Source: a candidate division FCPU426 bacterium
GTDB lineage: Bacteria; Oederibacteriota; Muellerivitia; Muellerivitales; Muellerivitaceae
Direction of reading: 5' to 3'
Assembly (NCBI GenBank): GCA_963719085.1
Contig: CAVRAL010000004.1
Span: forward strand, 1 to 64,000
DNA: 64,000 bases
Positions 30,131 through 41,400 of the stretch are shown piece by piece. Every line of letters starts with the position of its first letter. The stretch's first letter is position 1. A program made the translations under genes and the position numbers. The notes beneath the pieces were generated by a model, which saw nothing but the letters and a program-made list of their open reading frames with translations, had not been told where the DNA came from and searched no databases.

Positions 30131-31228
30131 TTAATAAAAGAAGTAGGTATCCACCATCAAGGCATAAGCCGGATTGCCCTCATTCGCGCTGGCGCCGGAA
30201 GTGTAATCGTAGCGGGAAAAATCAGTTTGAAACCTGAGGTTGCGCACCGGATAACAACGAAGGCTGACCACGTGCCGAAAGCCCTCGGTTCCCAGCTTGA
30301 CCCGATGGTCCAAATACTCGCTGGCAAGCCTTAAGTAAATATCCCCGCCCAAATCCGCCTCCGCGCTGAGGTGATAGGCCTGATCTTCCTGCCCCCCCGC
30401 GTCCGTGCCCCGGTCATACTCCGCCAATACCACGAAAGGGTCGAACCGGGTCCAACCAAAAGCGCCATAGCGAAGCGACGCGACCGGTGTGTCTAAATCC
30501 CTGCCGAAGAAGGAGCCGCCTAAGGTGACATCGGCGAGATGGAATCCGCCCTTGGCCGATTCCATTTTTTCAAGCGGCACAGAGGGGTCATCAAATACCG
30601 CCGCGTTCACGAAAAAATCATCGGGATAAAATCCGGTTTCCACGCCGTTCAAAATCGTGTCATAAGTAAAACCCAAAGGCCCGCGGACCAAGCTGTTATC
30701 GTCCGAGAGTCCCAAACCATAAGGCGGATTGAAGGCGCCGATCTTGAGGTAGCCGTCGGCCGGCAATTGGGAGATGAGCCCGTACATCTCGCTTTTGGCC
30801 CCGTTATCGATGCGGTAGTCCACCACACCCGAAACCATCTCATTGGAATGCACGTAAACCGAAAAGGACTCCCGACCCGCGCCGATGGAGCTCAAAACGG
30901 GAACTTCCTGGACGGGGTTTCGCGAAATGTACTGGGTCGTAAAGATGGCGTTGTAATAATAATTAAAATGAAGATCAAGCCCGGTGGAAACAAAGGTGGG
31001 CGTTTGATGGTTCAAGGCCTGGACCGCGGTCAAGCCCTGCCAATTGAAAGTCTGCAGTTTATTCCCGTAGTTTTTCCCAAAATCGTCCCGAAGCCATCCC
31101 CCGGTTTGATTCACATGGCAGGCGTTGCAATTGACGCCGGCCCGCGCCGCCAAATAGGGTTCCGCTTGCGCCCGCCAGGCTCCCCCGAGGGTCATCCAGG
31201 CCAAAGCGAAAAGGATACGAGTCCGCAC
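30131..31228 (-). CDS. Monoheme cytochrome c fused to a beta-barrel porin (Cyc2-like architecture)
   Basis: Signal peptide, EPYLAARAGVNCNACH, beta-strand body, aromatic C-terminus YFFY. Confidence 0.65.
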   Translation of the reverse strand: MRTRILFALAWMTLGGAWRAQAEPYLAARAGVNCNACHVNQTGGWLRDDFGKNYGNKLQTFNWQGLTAVQALNHQTPTFVSTGLDLHFNYYYNAIFTTQYISRNPVQEVPVLSSIGAGRESFSVYVHSNEMVSGVVDYRIDNGAKSEMYGLISQLPADGYLKIGAFNPPYGLGLSDDNSLVRGPLGFTYDTILNGVETGFYPDDFFVNAAVFDDPSVPLEKMESAKGGFHLADVTLGGSFFGRDLDTPVASLRYGAFGWTRFDPFVVLAEYDRGTDAGGQEDQAYHLSAEADLGGDIYLRLASEYLDHRVKLGTEGFRHVVSLRCYPVRNLRFQTDFSRYDYTSGASANEGNPAYALMVDTYFFY

Positions 31229-31284
31229 GCGAGTCTCCTTGAGGTTTGGTCAAAAGGCTAAAACCTAAAAGAGTGTATCACCAC

Positions 31285-33426
31285 TTATTTGGAAAGTCGT
31301 TTTTTTAGGCCCGGAGGCAAGGCAAGCCGCCAGGCGACAAACCCCAGGAAGGTTACAAAAAATAAACTTAAAAATAATCCCAGCCGAAACGCCGTCGGCT
31401 CATAGCGAAAATCCACCTGATGAAGGCCGCTTTGATCCACCACCACCGCCATGAATAATCCATCCGCCCGGAAAATCGCCTGGGGTTCCCCATCCACCCA
31501 AGCCCGCCACCCGGGCGTAAAGGTCTGGGAAAAAACCACGTAGCCCGGATTCTGCAGGTTGACCTGGGCTTGAACTCGGCAGGGGGACGCGGCGGCGGAT
31601 TGAAGCTTCGGTCCCGCCCATCTTTGCCAGAAACCGGCCCAGCGGTCCAAAAGACCCGGAGCTTTAAAAGCCAGCTTGCGGCCCGCGGGCGGCAGGCGGA
31701 CCGCCTTGCCATCCGGGGACTTTTCGGTATAAAGCTCATTTTCCAGGAACGCGTCGGGCTTCAAAAGCGCCTCGAAAACACCGGCGCGGCCGGGAAACTC
31801 ATGGACCTCATAATCAAGCCAAAGGGGCGCCAGGGCCCCCGCGTTGCTGTTCAGGACGTAGGGTCCCCAGCCTCCCAGGGACCGGTATTTAAAAGGCGTC
31901 AAGGTGTCTTGAAGCAAAAACAAGTTCACTCCCGCCGCGTCCAATACCCTTCCGTCGTAAGGGTATCCCCGTTTGGCGTAAGCCTGAAGGTTTTGATAGC
32001 CATCCGGGAAAACCGAAAGATAACCGGTGGCCGACCGGATTCCCCACACCGCGTTGCTGTTGGGCGGCATGCCCAAAAACCGGTCCAAAATGGACTGTGA
32101 AAAATCGGCCTTCGGATCCGAATCGGCCAAATCATTTCGATGCAAGCTGATCATTCGTCCCCCGCCGACCGCTTGCTTCACCATACCCGCGGCCTGGATC
32201 ATCCGGGGGTCGCGATAAGGATCCTGGATGACATGAAGCGTTCGAAAGGGGATCACCAAGATTTCCAAAAACCAAACCGCTCCCAGGAGACCGGCCCAAA
32301 TGGGGTACTTATTTTTCACCCTCAGCTTATCCAACCGGGGCTCCACCCAGCGCCCGATAAAAGTAAAGGCGCAGAAAATGAATAGAAAAGCCGACTTGGC
32401 CGGATCCAGGGTTCCCAAAAGTTTCGAGGGCAAAAGTCCCCAAAGGAAAAAATTTCCACCCGCGGTCCATAAAAGACACAACAGGGCCGCGGCTTTCCAA
32501 AACCCGTTCCCCTTCCCCCGGTCCAGATAAAATCCAACCGCCCAAAGCCCCAAGGGAACCAGGCCCAAATAAAAATTATTAAAAATATAATCGGGGTAAT
32601 CCCCTTGGTAACCCAAGGTTCCGGGAACGCCTAAAATATCCGGCGAAAAAAGTGTGAGAAAATTTTTCCAATGGAGGCTATACACGCCGTCCGAAAGTCC
32701 GGGACGGTCCAAGTGTGTCAGGAAATCCACGAAGGGCAGCCATTGGCAGGCTGTCACGCCCAAGGCCGTCAAAGCGGCGGCCCCATAGGCTCCCATCCTG
32801 CCCCGGGCCGGTTTTAAAACTCCCAACAGCCACGCGCCCCAAAGCAAGGCCGCGTAAAAAGTGAAATAAACATAACCGGCTAAAAAATCCAAGCTCCAAA
32901 AAAGGACGAGCCATAACCAGTAGCTCAAGGAAGCCGATCGCTCAAACCTGGTCGTCGCCCAAAAAATCCAAGGCACCCAAGCCGCCGTGGCCAAGTGCGT
33001 TGGAAAACCCCAATACTGAACCAGCAAGGACGATCCGGCGAAACCCAAAGCGCTTAAAGCGGCCAAGATGTCCCGGACTCCCGATTCCCTCATCCAAAAG
33101 TAAAATCCCAGGGCCGCCAATAGTCCTTGCAGCAAAGCGATCCGGAAAAACCAATCGGACAATCCGGTCCAATTCCAAATCCAAAACAACGGGTAAAAAA
33201 CCGCCGACTGAAGATTGGCCAAATGAGGGACCCCGCAGGCGATCCAGGGATTCCAAAGCGCGATTTGCCCCGCTTGAAAAGATTCCACATTCACCCATTT
33301 TTCAGGGAACGCGTACTCCAACGTGTCCATCATGGCCGGGAAATGACCGGTGAAACGAAAGGCCCAAAATAAGAGCGATAGCAAATAAGCCGCCGAGATG
33401 ATTTTTAAAAAGACCCTGCCGTTCAT
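31285..33426 (-). CDS. YfhO-family GT-C membrane protein
   Basis: LWNPWIACGVPHLAN...FYP, TM bundle, 'SQTFTPGWRAWVDG'; start overlaps the upstream stop (ATGA). Confidence 0.85.
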   Translation of the reverse strand: MNGRVFLKIISAAYLLSLLFWAFRFTGHFPAMMDTLEYAFPEKWVNVESFQAGQIALWNPWIACGVPHLANLQSAVFYPLFWIWNWTGLSDWFFRIALLQGLLAALGFYFWMRESGVRDILAALSALGFAGSSLLVQYWGFPTHLATAAWVPWIFWATTRFERSASLSYWLWLVLFWSLDFLAGYVYFTFYAALLWGAWLLGVLKPARGRMGAYGAAALTALGVTACQWLPFVDFLTHLDRPGLSDGVYSLHWKNFLTLFSPDILGVPGTLGYQGDYPDYIFNNFYLGLVPLGLWAVGFYLDRGKGNGFWKAAALLCLLWTAGGNFFLWGLLPSKLLGTLDPAKSAFLFIFCAFTFIGRWVEPRLDKLRVKNKYPIWAGLLGAVWFLEILVIPFRTLHVIQDPYRDPRMIQAAGMVKQAVGGGRMISLHRNDLADSDPKADFSQSILDRFLGMPPNSNAVWGIRSATGYLSVFPDGYQNLQAYAKRGYPYDGRVLDAAGVNLFLLQDTLTPFKYRSLGGWGPYVLNSNAGALAPLWLDYEVHEFPGRAGVFEALLKPDAFLENELYTEKSPDGKAVRLPPAGRKLAFKAPGLLDRWAGFWQRWAGPKLQSAAASPCRVQAQVNLQNPGYVVFSQTFTPGWRAWVDGEPQAIFRADGLFMAVVVDQSGLHQVDFRYEPTAFRLGLFLSLFFVTFLGFVAWRLALPPGLKKRLSK

Positions 33427-35642
33427 ACCTGCCGCTCCCCAGCCCAGTGGGCCAGGCCAAGCGCCCCCCAAAAGGCGCAAACCAAGAGACAAACAAACAA
33501 ACCCAGTCGAAAAGTGGTCGGCTCATAAGCGATCTTCACGTGGTTTTCGGTATCCTTCAAATAAAGCCCCCGGAAAACATGATTGACGGTCTCCAAAGAC
33601 CGGGCTTGTCCTTCGACCTCGGCTTGCCAGCCGGGATAGGCGGTTTCGGACGAAACCAAAAGCGCCGGGCCCCGGCCATCGGCTTCCAGCTCCACCCGCT
33701 GGGGAGCACGGGTCATTTCACTCACGTGACGGACCTGATAATCGCCAGCCCGGACGGGGTTTTGCACAAAACAACTTTTTCCATAATCCCAAGCGCCCGC
33801 GGAAGCTCTTCGAAAGTCTTCTTCCAATGTCGAGGCCGCGAGGGCGCGTTGGACGCTGAACCATTTGGGAAGCGGGGTGGGATTTTCCGATATTTCTAAA
33901 GGTGAACCCGATCCTTGGAGGGGCTTGAAGTCGGCGAAGTGATTCGGCCCCAAAAGATAACGCGTGTCCAGATAATCCATCACGCGGCGGCTATGGGCCT
34001 TTGAAAACCGCAACGAAGTCCAAACCCAATTATCGGGCCCCGCCAGGTAAAGCGAATTGTAAATTTGGGCCTCTTCCCGATTAAAGGCCAAGGGCCAATC
34101 CGGATAAAGCGATTGCTTGGCGTCCTCATAGGCCTGGGCGATGGAGGCGCCCTTTAAAATTCCCGCCTGTTCCAAAACCGATGGTGAGTCAAAAAGCCTC
34201 CCCGGTTTTTCCATCGCCGATAAAGCCAGGGGGGGCGTGTCGTAATAGGAGCGGTTGAGCAGGACATTGACGCCGCTGGCTGCCTGCCCCAGGGAAACCA
34301 AAAGGCTTAAGAGCAGAAATGCCCAACGCCACCGGGGAGTGAACCAAGCGGGAATGGCGGCTAAAATCCCCAAACCGAAGGACAGGCCAAAACCCCAAAG
34401 GTTTAGGGGCGCCTTCAAGACCCAGCTTGCCCCATAGGTCAAAACCCAGGCGGCCATCCAGGCCCATAGGATGTGGGATTTTCTAAATTCCTTCCGAAAA
34501 AAATTATCCGAGGACTCCATAGCCAAGCGGGCCGCGAACAAAATCACGATCGGCAGCCAAAAGCCCGATCGAATCACCAAAGAATAACCCGGTAGCCATC
34601 CTTTTAAAAAAGAGCCTAAGGACAGGGTCTCCCCCAGGCTTAAGACCAAAAATAACCCGAATAGAACCCAGGAAGTCCGGAAAAAAGCTCTCTTCCAAAA
34701 CCCCCACACCAGAAGGGCGACAATGGGAAGTCCCATGAAATAAGTCGCGATCCAATATTCGGGCCCCTGGTAATCAGGCGAAAGCGGGTTCCCCTGAAAA
34801 AAGGGGGCGATCCAGGTGGCGAAATCGGCCCACCGCAGAGGATGGGCATGAACAGCGCCTTGGGCGTAATTGGAAAGCTTTTTGAATTCTAAAAACGGAA
34901 GGGCCCAAACCAAGTTATAAGCCGCCGCCATCACCGCCGAAAAACAAAAAACCGGAAACCATTTAAGTTTCGACCAGGAAAACCGTTTGGGCCAGGGCCA
35001 AAGGGTTTTCCATAAAAAGTGGGCCGTCAAAGCCAGCCCCGTCAGGTAACTTAAAACCTGGTATCCCGCCGCGACCTGCATGGCTAAAAAAAACGAAAGT
35101 CCCAGAATCGCCCCCGCATAATCTTCCCAAAGCCTTTGGGCCGCCCAAAAGACCCAGGGAACCCAGCTGATGGTCAAAAGCGCCACCGGGGTCCAAGAGG
35201 AACAAACCACATGCAGGGAAAAACCAAAAGCCAGGCTTCCCAAAAAGGAAGCGGGAGCCGAAAAACGCTCATGCCGGGCCAAAACCCAAAAACCCAGCAA
35301 AGCCCAAAAATGATGTAGCAAAATCAGCCCCGCGAAAGCGTCCGTAGGCTTTAAAACAGAATAAAGAAGAAAAACCGGCGGATAAGCCGCCGCCATCTGC
35401 GGGTCGGCTAAATAGGGGCATCCAAACTGGGCGTCCGGGTTCCATAAAGGAATGATGCCTTGGTGAAGGACCTGGCTTCCCCATTTCCAAAAAGGGTAAA
35501 AGAAACGGGAAGAATCAATAAAACCGAACAAGGCCCCGCCGCGCAAAACTTTCCAATCAAAAACCGCCACGAGTCCGGCGAAAACCAGCGGGATGGACCA
35601 GGCGGGGGCGTCTTCTTTAAATAAGGCTTTCATCTTGATCAA
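33423..35642 (-). CDS. YfhO-family GT-C membrane protein (tandem paralog)
   Basis: PLWNPDAQFGCPYLAD...YP, 'SETAYPGWQAEVEG'. Confidence 0.85.
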   Translation of the reverse strand: MIKMKALFKEDAPAWSIPLVFAGLVAVFDWKVLRGGALFGFIDSSRFFYPFWKWGSQVLHQGIIPLWNPDAQFGCPYLADPQMAAAYPPVFLLYSVLKPTDAFAGLILLHHFWALLGFWVLARHERFSAPASFLGSLAFGFSLHVVCSSWTPVALLTISWVPWVFWAAQRLWEDYAGAILGLSFFLAMQVAAGYQVLSYLTGLALTAHFLWKTLWPWPKRFSWSKLKWFPVFCFSAVMAAAYNLVWALPFLEFKKLSNYAQGAVHAHPLRWADFATWIAPFFQGNPLSPDYQGPEYWIATYFMGLPIVALLVWGFWKRAFFRTSWVLFGLFLVLSLGETLSLGSFLKGWLPGYSLVIRSGFWLPIVILFAARLAMESSDNFFRKEFRKSHILWAWMAAWVLTYGASWVLKAPLNLWGFGLSFGLGILAAIPAWFTPRWRWAFLLLSLLVSLGQAASGVNVLLNRSYYDTPPLALSAMEKPGRLFDSPSVLEQAGILKGASIAQAYEDAKQSLYPDWPLAFNREEAQIYNSLYLAGPDNWVWTSLRFSKAHSRRVMDYLDTRYLLGPNHFADFKPLQGSGSPLEISENPTPLPKWFSVQRALAASTLEEDFRRASAGAWDYGKSCFVQNPVRAGDYQVRHVSEMTRAPQRVELEADGRGPALLVSSETAYPGWQAEVEGQARSLETVNHVFRGLYLKDTENHVKIAYEPTTFRLGLFVCLLVCAFWGALGLAHWAGERQV

Positions 35643-38600
35643 GGAGCCGAAACCTCTTTTTGCAGGACTGGAACCGACCCCGGCGGAAGCGAGACCATTT
35701 GTTTTTCCAAGGGATCCATTCGGTCATCGTCTTTCCACCGGCCATAAATTTCGAGGGCTTTTTTAAAAGCCACCCGGGCCGCGGCCCGGGTGGCCGGGTT
35801 TTGCTTTTGACAATAGCCTAAATTCACCCAAGCGGAAGCGTAATTCGGCTCCAATTCGGCGGCTTTTTGAAAATCCATGGCCGCCCGCGTCGCCCAAACA
35901 GGCTGGTCGCTCCTTTTAGTCGACCGGCCCACTTGCTCGAAAAAAAGCCCCTCGTCGAAATAAACGAAAGCGTTGGTGGGCAAAGCTGCCCGGGCCAATC
36001 CCCACGCGGCCACGGCGCGGGAGAGCGAATCCTGGGTTTCATTTTTTTCGAAACGGGCCGAAAGACGCCGCGCGTTTTTTTCCGGCCATTGTCCATCCGA
36101 GCCTTCCAAATCCATCGCGCTATCAAAAGACTCGTCCGAACGATTTTCCCAGTTCTCGTCTCCCGTACTCAAATACAAGTTTTCCAAAAAATCAGCGCGG
36201 GCGCCTTGAATCCGGGCGTCCCACGCGTTTAAACGAACCGCCGCGTCCAAGCTTTCGAGCGCTTGGGGAAATTGCCCCCGGGCCTCAAAAGTCAGGGCTT
36301 GATCCATCAAGAAAGGCGCCCAGGCCGCCGCGCCAAAAAGTCCCAGCGCCAATCCCAAGGCCAGCAAGCCCGCGGGCCAGGAATAAGATACCTTTTGTTT
36401 TTGGCCGGGGGCCAAGAGCCCCGCGGCCTGAAGGACAATCAGGGGCGTGTGGAAACAAAAATCAAAAAGCGACGCCGTTCCCAAGGCCGTCAAGGCGGCG
36501 CCTTTCGCCGGCGAGGAATCCCGGGGCCAAAACCGCCGCAATAGGCATATCGCGAAAACAAAACCCGCCAGGCCAAATGCCGTCAACCATTCCAAAGGCT
36601 CGTTATGAACCGCCTGGGCGTCCATTTGATACCGGCTTATCCCGGAGTCCCTTGGCGCTTTGAAGCGTTGGTAATCCCCGTCAAAAGTCCCCGGACCCAC
36701 TCCCACAAGCGGGTCCTGCGCCCAAACCTTCACCGCCGAATTCCAAATCGAAAGACGATCCCACTGGGTGGCGCCTTGGTCCGATCCCGCGAAGCCGAAT
36801 GAACGGACAAGCAACGCTATCCCCATCAATAAAAGGCCGCCGGTCAAAATCCATCGGCGGTATTTGCGGGGCGCCGAATAAACGATTCCCGCCAAAAAAC
36901 CGATTATGGAGCTGAACGACTTTAAAAGCCAAAGCGTGGCTACTGAAAAAATAAAAACGAGCTTCGGCCACCTATCGGAAACGGGGTTTAAAATGGGTTT
37001 CCAGAACCCCTTCACTTTCGGGGGACTCTTCATCGACAGAAAAAGGAGCGGTAATAGAAAAATCTCAACCTGCTTGGGATTCGGGAAAATTTTCCAGTCC
37101 TTCATGTCCGGGGACTGAAAAGAGTAAACCCAAAGACCCAATGCCCAAACCAATCCCAACGCGCAAAATCTTTTCAAAAAAACCGCCGGGTCTTTCCGGG
37201 ATCCCAACACCAGGATAAAAACCAGAGCCAGCCCCGCCGTTTCCAAAAACCGGACCGCTCCCAGCGCCGAAGGAGACGTCAAGGCGCGCCCGAGAATAAA
37301 GAGCCCGCCGGCGAATATCCAAAGGGGGATCTTGTCGAGCCCACGCCGCTCAAAAGCGGCCGCGATCCAAAAAGCACCCGCCAAAAGGGCCCAATTCCAC
37401 GGCCTGAAAGGCGGCCAGAAGCCCGAAACCAAAAGTACGCCCAATAATCCCATTTCAATCCAAAATCCTGAAGGCTTGGGGACGGTAAAACTTTTGGCCG
37501 GCGCCAATTCCAAACGGCCCAACACTAAGGCGAAAATCCAAATCAACTCCGGCATTTGTAACGGAAGATCAAAAAACGAAAAAATAAAAAAGGCCAAAGC
37601 GCCGGCGACAATCCCCCAACCTTCCCACCGAGGCGGCGCCTTCAAGCGGCGCAAAATGGACACAAGCGCCCAAACGCCCAAGCTGAAACCCGCCAGGCCG
37701 TTTTCCACCAATACTTGAAGCGCCAGGTTATGGGCGAACCGCGCGCCCCGCGCCAGGGGCATCCCGGATTGTTGATAGGCCCCATCGAAGGTTCCCGTCC
37801 CCCATCCCCAAAAAGGATGGGCCATAAAAAGACTCCAAGCCGAGCGCCAAAGCGAAAGCCTCGCCGCGAACGCGCCGATCTCCCAATGGCCCCAGCCCCG
37901 GGCTGCCACGAGCCACAGAATCGCCGCCAGGCAGACACCGCCGGCGCCCGCGAGCCACCCCCAGGCCCTTCGGTAAAGTAAAATCAGCGCCGCGGCGAGA
38001 CCTAAGGAAAGACATGCCCCGACGCTTTTCGTGGCCAGCAGCCCGGCCAAAAGGAGGCCGGTTGAAAAAAAGAAAATAATTTTTTTGGACCCGGATTGAT
38101 TTTTCCATTGGATGAATCCCCAAGGAATAAAAAGGATTAAAAACGCCGCTAAGCCGCCGGAAGTGGCCAGGGGGCCGAAGGCGCGCCTTGATTTTTCCGC
38201 GTCGTAAAGGGCCCGCAGATCAAGACCCGACAGTTTCGGCGCCTCGGCGGCCCATTGGTCGTAACCGAAAACTATTTGATAAAGCCCCAGGCCGGCCGCC
38301 AACAGGGCCATGAAAAACCCCCACCCCTCCAAGCGGGCCTTGGACTGATCCGACGACTCCGAGGCCATCAAAAAAAGGGCTGTACCTAAAAACAGGAAGG
38401 CGGTGGATTGCCAGCTTAAACCCGGGCTCAGTGAGCCTGACGAAGCCAGTGTCAAATAAAGCAGAAAAAGAAACCAAGGAGCGCCCAACCGCGAAAGGCT
38501 TTGGGCCGGGATCGGGCGGAAAAGAAATAAAAAAAGACCGCCGCCTAAGGCCACCGCCGCCGAAAGCGGATGGGCTAAAACCGGATGGAAGAGCAGATAG

Positions 38601-38680
38601 ACAAAGAAGGACAAAGCGCCCGCTTCCCAAACAAAATCCCGGGAAAGGGGGCGGTTTAAAAACAGAACGTCAAAACTCAC
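35639..38680 (-). CDS. Tandem double O-antigen-ligase (Wzy_C) domain protein with TPR tail
   Basis: Two R..W...P..G.G.G.F...HN motifs; C-terminal TPRs; GTG start overlaps the aroQ stop (GTGA). Confidence 0.8.
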   Translation of the reverse strand: MSFDVLFLNRPLSRDFVWEAGALSFFVYLLFHPVLAHPLSAAVALGGGLFLFLFRPIPAQSLSRLGAPWFLFLLYLTLASSGSLSPGLSWQSTAFLFLGTALFLMASESSDQSKARLEGWGFFMALLAAGLGLYQIVFGYDQWAAEAPKLSGLDLRALYDAEKSRRAFGPLATSGGLAAFLILFIPWGFIQWKNQSGSKKIIFFFSTGLLLAGLLATKSVGACLSLGLAAALILLYRRAWGWLAGAGGVCLAAILWLVAARGWGHWEIGAFAARLSLWRSAWSLFMAHPFWGWGTGTFDGAYQQSGMPLARGARFAHNLALQVLVENGLAGFSLGVWALVSILRRLKAPPRWEGWGIVAGALAFFIFSFFDLPLQMPELIWIFALVLGRLELAPAKSFTVPKPSGFWIEMGLLGVLLVSGFWPPFRPWNWALLAGAFWIAAAFERRGLDKIPLWIFAGGLFILGRALTSPSALGAVRFLETAGLALVFILVLGSRKDPAVFLKRFCALGLVWALGLWVYSFQSPDMKDWKIFPNPKQVEIFLLPLLFLSMKSPPKVKGFWKPILNPVSDRWPKLVFIFSVATLWLLKSFSSIIGFLAGIVYSAPRKYRRWILTGGLLLMGIALLVRSFGFAGSDQGATQWDRLSIWNSAVKVWAQDPLVGVGPGTFDGDYQRFKAPRDSGISRYQMDAQAVHNEPLEWLTAFGLAGFVFAICLLRRFWPRDSSPAKGAALTALGTASLFDFCFHTPLIVLQAAGLLAPGQKQKVSYSWPAGLLALGLALGLFGAAAWAPFLMDQALTFEARGQFPQALESLDAAVRLNAWDARIQGARADFLENLYLSTGDENWENRSDESFDSAMDLEGSDGQWPEKNARRLSARFEKNETQDSLSRAVAAWGLARAALPTNAFVYFDEGLFFEQVGRSTKRSDQPVWATRAAMDFQKAAELEPNYASAWVNLGYCQKQNPATRAAARVAFKKALEIYGRWKDDDRMDPLEKQMVSLPPGSVPVLQKEVSAP

Positions 38681-39123
38681 TTTTTCTCGGTGGAAGGAAT
38701 AAGGCTCGCGGCCTGGAGCGCCAAGAGATAACTGTTCTTGCCAAACCCGGTTATCTGTCCCAGGGCGACCGGTGAGATATGGGACATTTGCCGAAACCCT
38801 TCCCGGGCGTGGATATTGGAAAGATGCACCTCGATGGCGGGCACCTTGACGGCCGCCAAGGCGTCCCGAATGGCCACCGACGTATGGGTGTAGGCCGCGG
38901 GATTGATGATCAAAACGTCCGCCCAATTGCGGGAATTTTGGATCACTTCCACGATTTCTCCCTCATGGTTCGATTGTACAATCTTGAGCTCCAGGTCGTT
39001 TTTAGCGGCAAATTCCGTCATTTCCCGGTTAATCTCATCCAAGGTCACAGCCCCGTAAACATTCGGTTCCCGCTCTCCCAAGAGGTTCAGATTAGGCCCG
39101 TGAATCACCAAAACTTTTCGCAT
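38677..39123 (-). CDS. aroQ: Type II 3-dehydroquinate dehydratase
   Basis: [35 protein letters not shown]. Confidence 0.97.
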   Translation of the reverse strand: MRKVLVIHGPNLNLLGEREPNVYGAVTLDEINREMTEFAAKNDLELKIVQSNHEGEIVEVIQNSRNWADVLIINPAAYTHTSVAIRDALAAVKVPAIEVHLSNIHAREGFRQMSHISPVALGQITGFGKNSYLLALQAASLIPSTEKK

Positions 39124-39259
39124 GTCCTCTTCCTTAGCTTTATATCGAAAGTGGAAACCATGCTAATCACAAAGCCCAGTCACGCCAAGCAAAAAGGGAC
39201 GCCCCTCGGGCGATGGTGATATTTATTTTCGGCGGGCCGCGGGGCTCAAAAGCTATAAT

Positions 39260-41386
39260 TTGCCCACATCCATGGCCAAAACCATCCACAACCTTTCCGC
39301 CGGGGAATTTCTTTCCGGCCACTTCGCGCCAACCGCTTGGGCTTGCGCCGGTCTTTTGACTGTCGCCAATGTTCTTTTGTCTTATTTCCCCCTGACAATT
39401 CCGCAGGCGCTTTGGGTCATTCTTATCGGTCTTTTTTTACCTTTGGCCGCGCTTCTTTTCATTCCAGCCAAAAACATCCGCCCAGACTTAAAAAAGGAAC
39501 CCTTTCCCAAAATCCCATTCGGGCTTTGGGCCGCCGTCGCCGCGCTCGCCCTCTTCCTCAGGCTCTACCGGCTTGATTCTTTGTCTTCCTGGCCCACGGT
39601 CGACGAGGGGGTTTATTCTTATTTTTCAACCGAACTGGCCCGCCATTGGGATTGGCGCCTTTTAATCAGCACCAGTCAAGTTCCGGCCATCTACTGCTGG
39701 GGACAAGCCCTGCTTTTCAAATTTTTCTCACCCTCGCTCCTCACCCTTTGGCTTTATCCCGCGCTATGGTCTTTGGCCTGTCTGCCGATCGCCCTTGTCC
39801 TCAGCCGCAAAGCCTTTACCCCGCTCATTTCCTTTTTTGTCCTCGTTTTCATGGCGTCAGGGTTTTGGCCGCTTTATCTGGGCCGGCTTTCCATTCACGG
39901 CGGATTCTTTTTGGCGGTTGAGTTTTTGGTTTTTTGGAGCCTAACCCTTTACCTCAAAAGTCCTGCCCCTCAAAAAAACCAGCGGCTCGCCGTCTTGGCC
40001 TTGGTCACCGGCCTGGGCTTTTACACTTATCTGGCCTGGCCCTTGGTCGCGGCTTGGATCGGCTTGGTTCTTTTATGGGAGCCTTTGAAGAACCAAAAAC
40101 AAAAGTGGGTCAACTTTTTTATTTTCGTCATCGGAAACTGCGCCGCCCTATTTCCGCTCATCCTGACCTACCACCAGGAATACCGCGGCTATTTTCACCA
40201 TGTCTGGGTGGGTTCGAGCGGGAGCCTTTTGCTCAAGAACCTGCCTTTGGCTTTTTCTTATTTCCGAAATCTTTTTTGGGGATTGCCTTCCCCCACCCTT
40301 TCCATGGGCGGAGTCTGGGGCGGGCTTTTTAACCCCGTGGTCACCGGCCTTTTTTTCACGGGGTTTTCGGTCCTAATAAAAACCAAAACCCGGCCGAGCT
40401 TTCTTTGGGCCGCCGCCTTCGTTTTGTTTTCCCTTCCGGCGTTTTTAACCAGCAACTTGGAAATGACCCGGCTCACGCCCCTCATCCCCGTCATTTTTTG
40501 CACCGCGGCTTGGGGGCTTCAGTTTTTACTGGGCCTGGCGTCCCGTTCTTGGCGGCCCCTGCTTTTAGGCTTTGTTTTGTTGGCGTCTTTGGGGTTCGAT
40601 GGCGTCCATTTTCTGGGGGTCTATCCCGACCACTGGAAAAAGCATCCGGATTATTACGGGTCCTATAAATCCCCTGAATACGCTCGGGCCTACGCCTGGT
40701 TGAAAGCCCAACAAAAAGCTCAAGGCCCGGGATTGATCCTGCTCAATTTCGTGCCGGACCCTTACGACCAAACACTGGCCACGGCGGTGGCGGGATTCAA
40801 TAGCGCCGGGAATCTGAACTTAACTTCCCGTCCGACCTGGGCCGCGATTTTAGCGAATATCCACTCAATGCCCGCCTTGGCCGCCCGATTTCCTAAAAGC
40901 CGATGGATTTGGCTTTCGCAGGGACTCAACCGGCCGGATGGGGGCTTGTCGCTGGGCCTCATACCCCTAACGCCAATCGGTCAAAAAACCATCCAGAAAT
41001 GGACCGCCGCCGACCAGGCCTTGAATCCCTTGGTCGACCAGGTTTTGGAGCGGGGGGTGGACCCCGATCAAAGCGCCATGCTTCAGATTTTGAGAAACGC
41101 CGCTCCGTACTTTCAGGGCGATCCTTTGTTGGAATCCATCCTTTGGCGTTTACGCGCCATCCACGAAGCCGCCGCCGGCCAATATACGCGGGCCGTCGCC
41201 GACGAGACGACCGCCCTGCGGCTCGGCGGAGCCCAGGCCGAACTTTTCAATGAACGGGGCTGTCTGCGGATAAAAACCGGCGATATTCCCGGGGCCCGGC
41301 GGGATTTCAAGCTGGCGGTTCAGAGCCGGCCCGATTACACTGACGCGCTTGAAAACCTGCGGGCGCTACCGCCCCCAGGAAAATAA
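39260..41386 (+). CDS. GT-C (ArnT/PMT-like) glycosyltransferase with C-terminal TPR
   Basis: 'LRLYRL...PTVDEG', 'GLGFYTY', TM bundle, TPR-like helices. Confidence 0.75.
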   Translation: MPTSMAKTIHNLSAGEFLSGHFAPTAWACAGLLTVANVLLSYFPLTIPQALWVILIGLFLPLAALLFIPAKNIRPDLKKEPFPKIPFGLWAAVAALALFLRLYRLDSLSSWPTVDEGVYSYFSTELARHWDWRLLISTSQVPAIYCWGQALLFKFFSPSLLTLWLYPALWSLACLPIALVLSRKAFTPLISFFVLVFMASGFWPLYLGRLSIHGGFFLAVEFLVFWSLTLYLKSPAPQKNQRLAVLALVTGLGFYTYLAWPLVAAWIGLVLLWEPLKNQKQKWVNFFIFVIGNCAALFPLILTYHQEYRGYFHHVWVGSSGSLLLKNLPLAFSYFRNLFWGLPSPTLSMGGVWGGLFNPVVTGLFFTGFSVLIKTKTRPSFLWAAAFVLFSLPAFLTSNLEMTRLTPLIPVIFCTAAWGLQFLLGLASRSWRPLLLGFVLLASLGFDGVHFLGVYPDHWKKHPDYYGSYKSPEYARAYAWLKAQQKAQGPGLILLNFVPDPYDQTLATAVAGFNSAGNLNLTSRPTWAAILANIHSMPALAARFPKSRWIWLSQGLNRPDGGLSLGLIPLTPIGQKTIQKWTAADQALNPLVDQVLERGVDPDQSAMLQILRNAAPYFQGDPLLESILWRLRAIHEAAAGQYTRAVADETTALRLGGAQAELFNERGCLRIKTGDIPGARRDFKLAVQSRPDYTDALENLRALPPPGK

Positions 41387-41400
41387 ACCACGGACTACCC

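Noticed and set aside
38681..38926. N-terminal extensions of called ORFs (here; also 22967-23029, 51439-51630, 53946-54005, 63039-63134)
   Set aside because: They overlap neighbouring genes, IS ends or palindromic repeats; better starts with SDs, signal peptides or coupled stops lie downstream.
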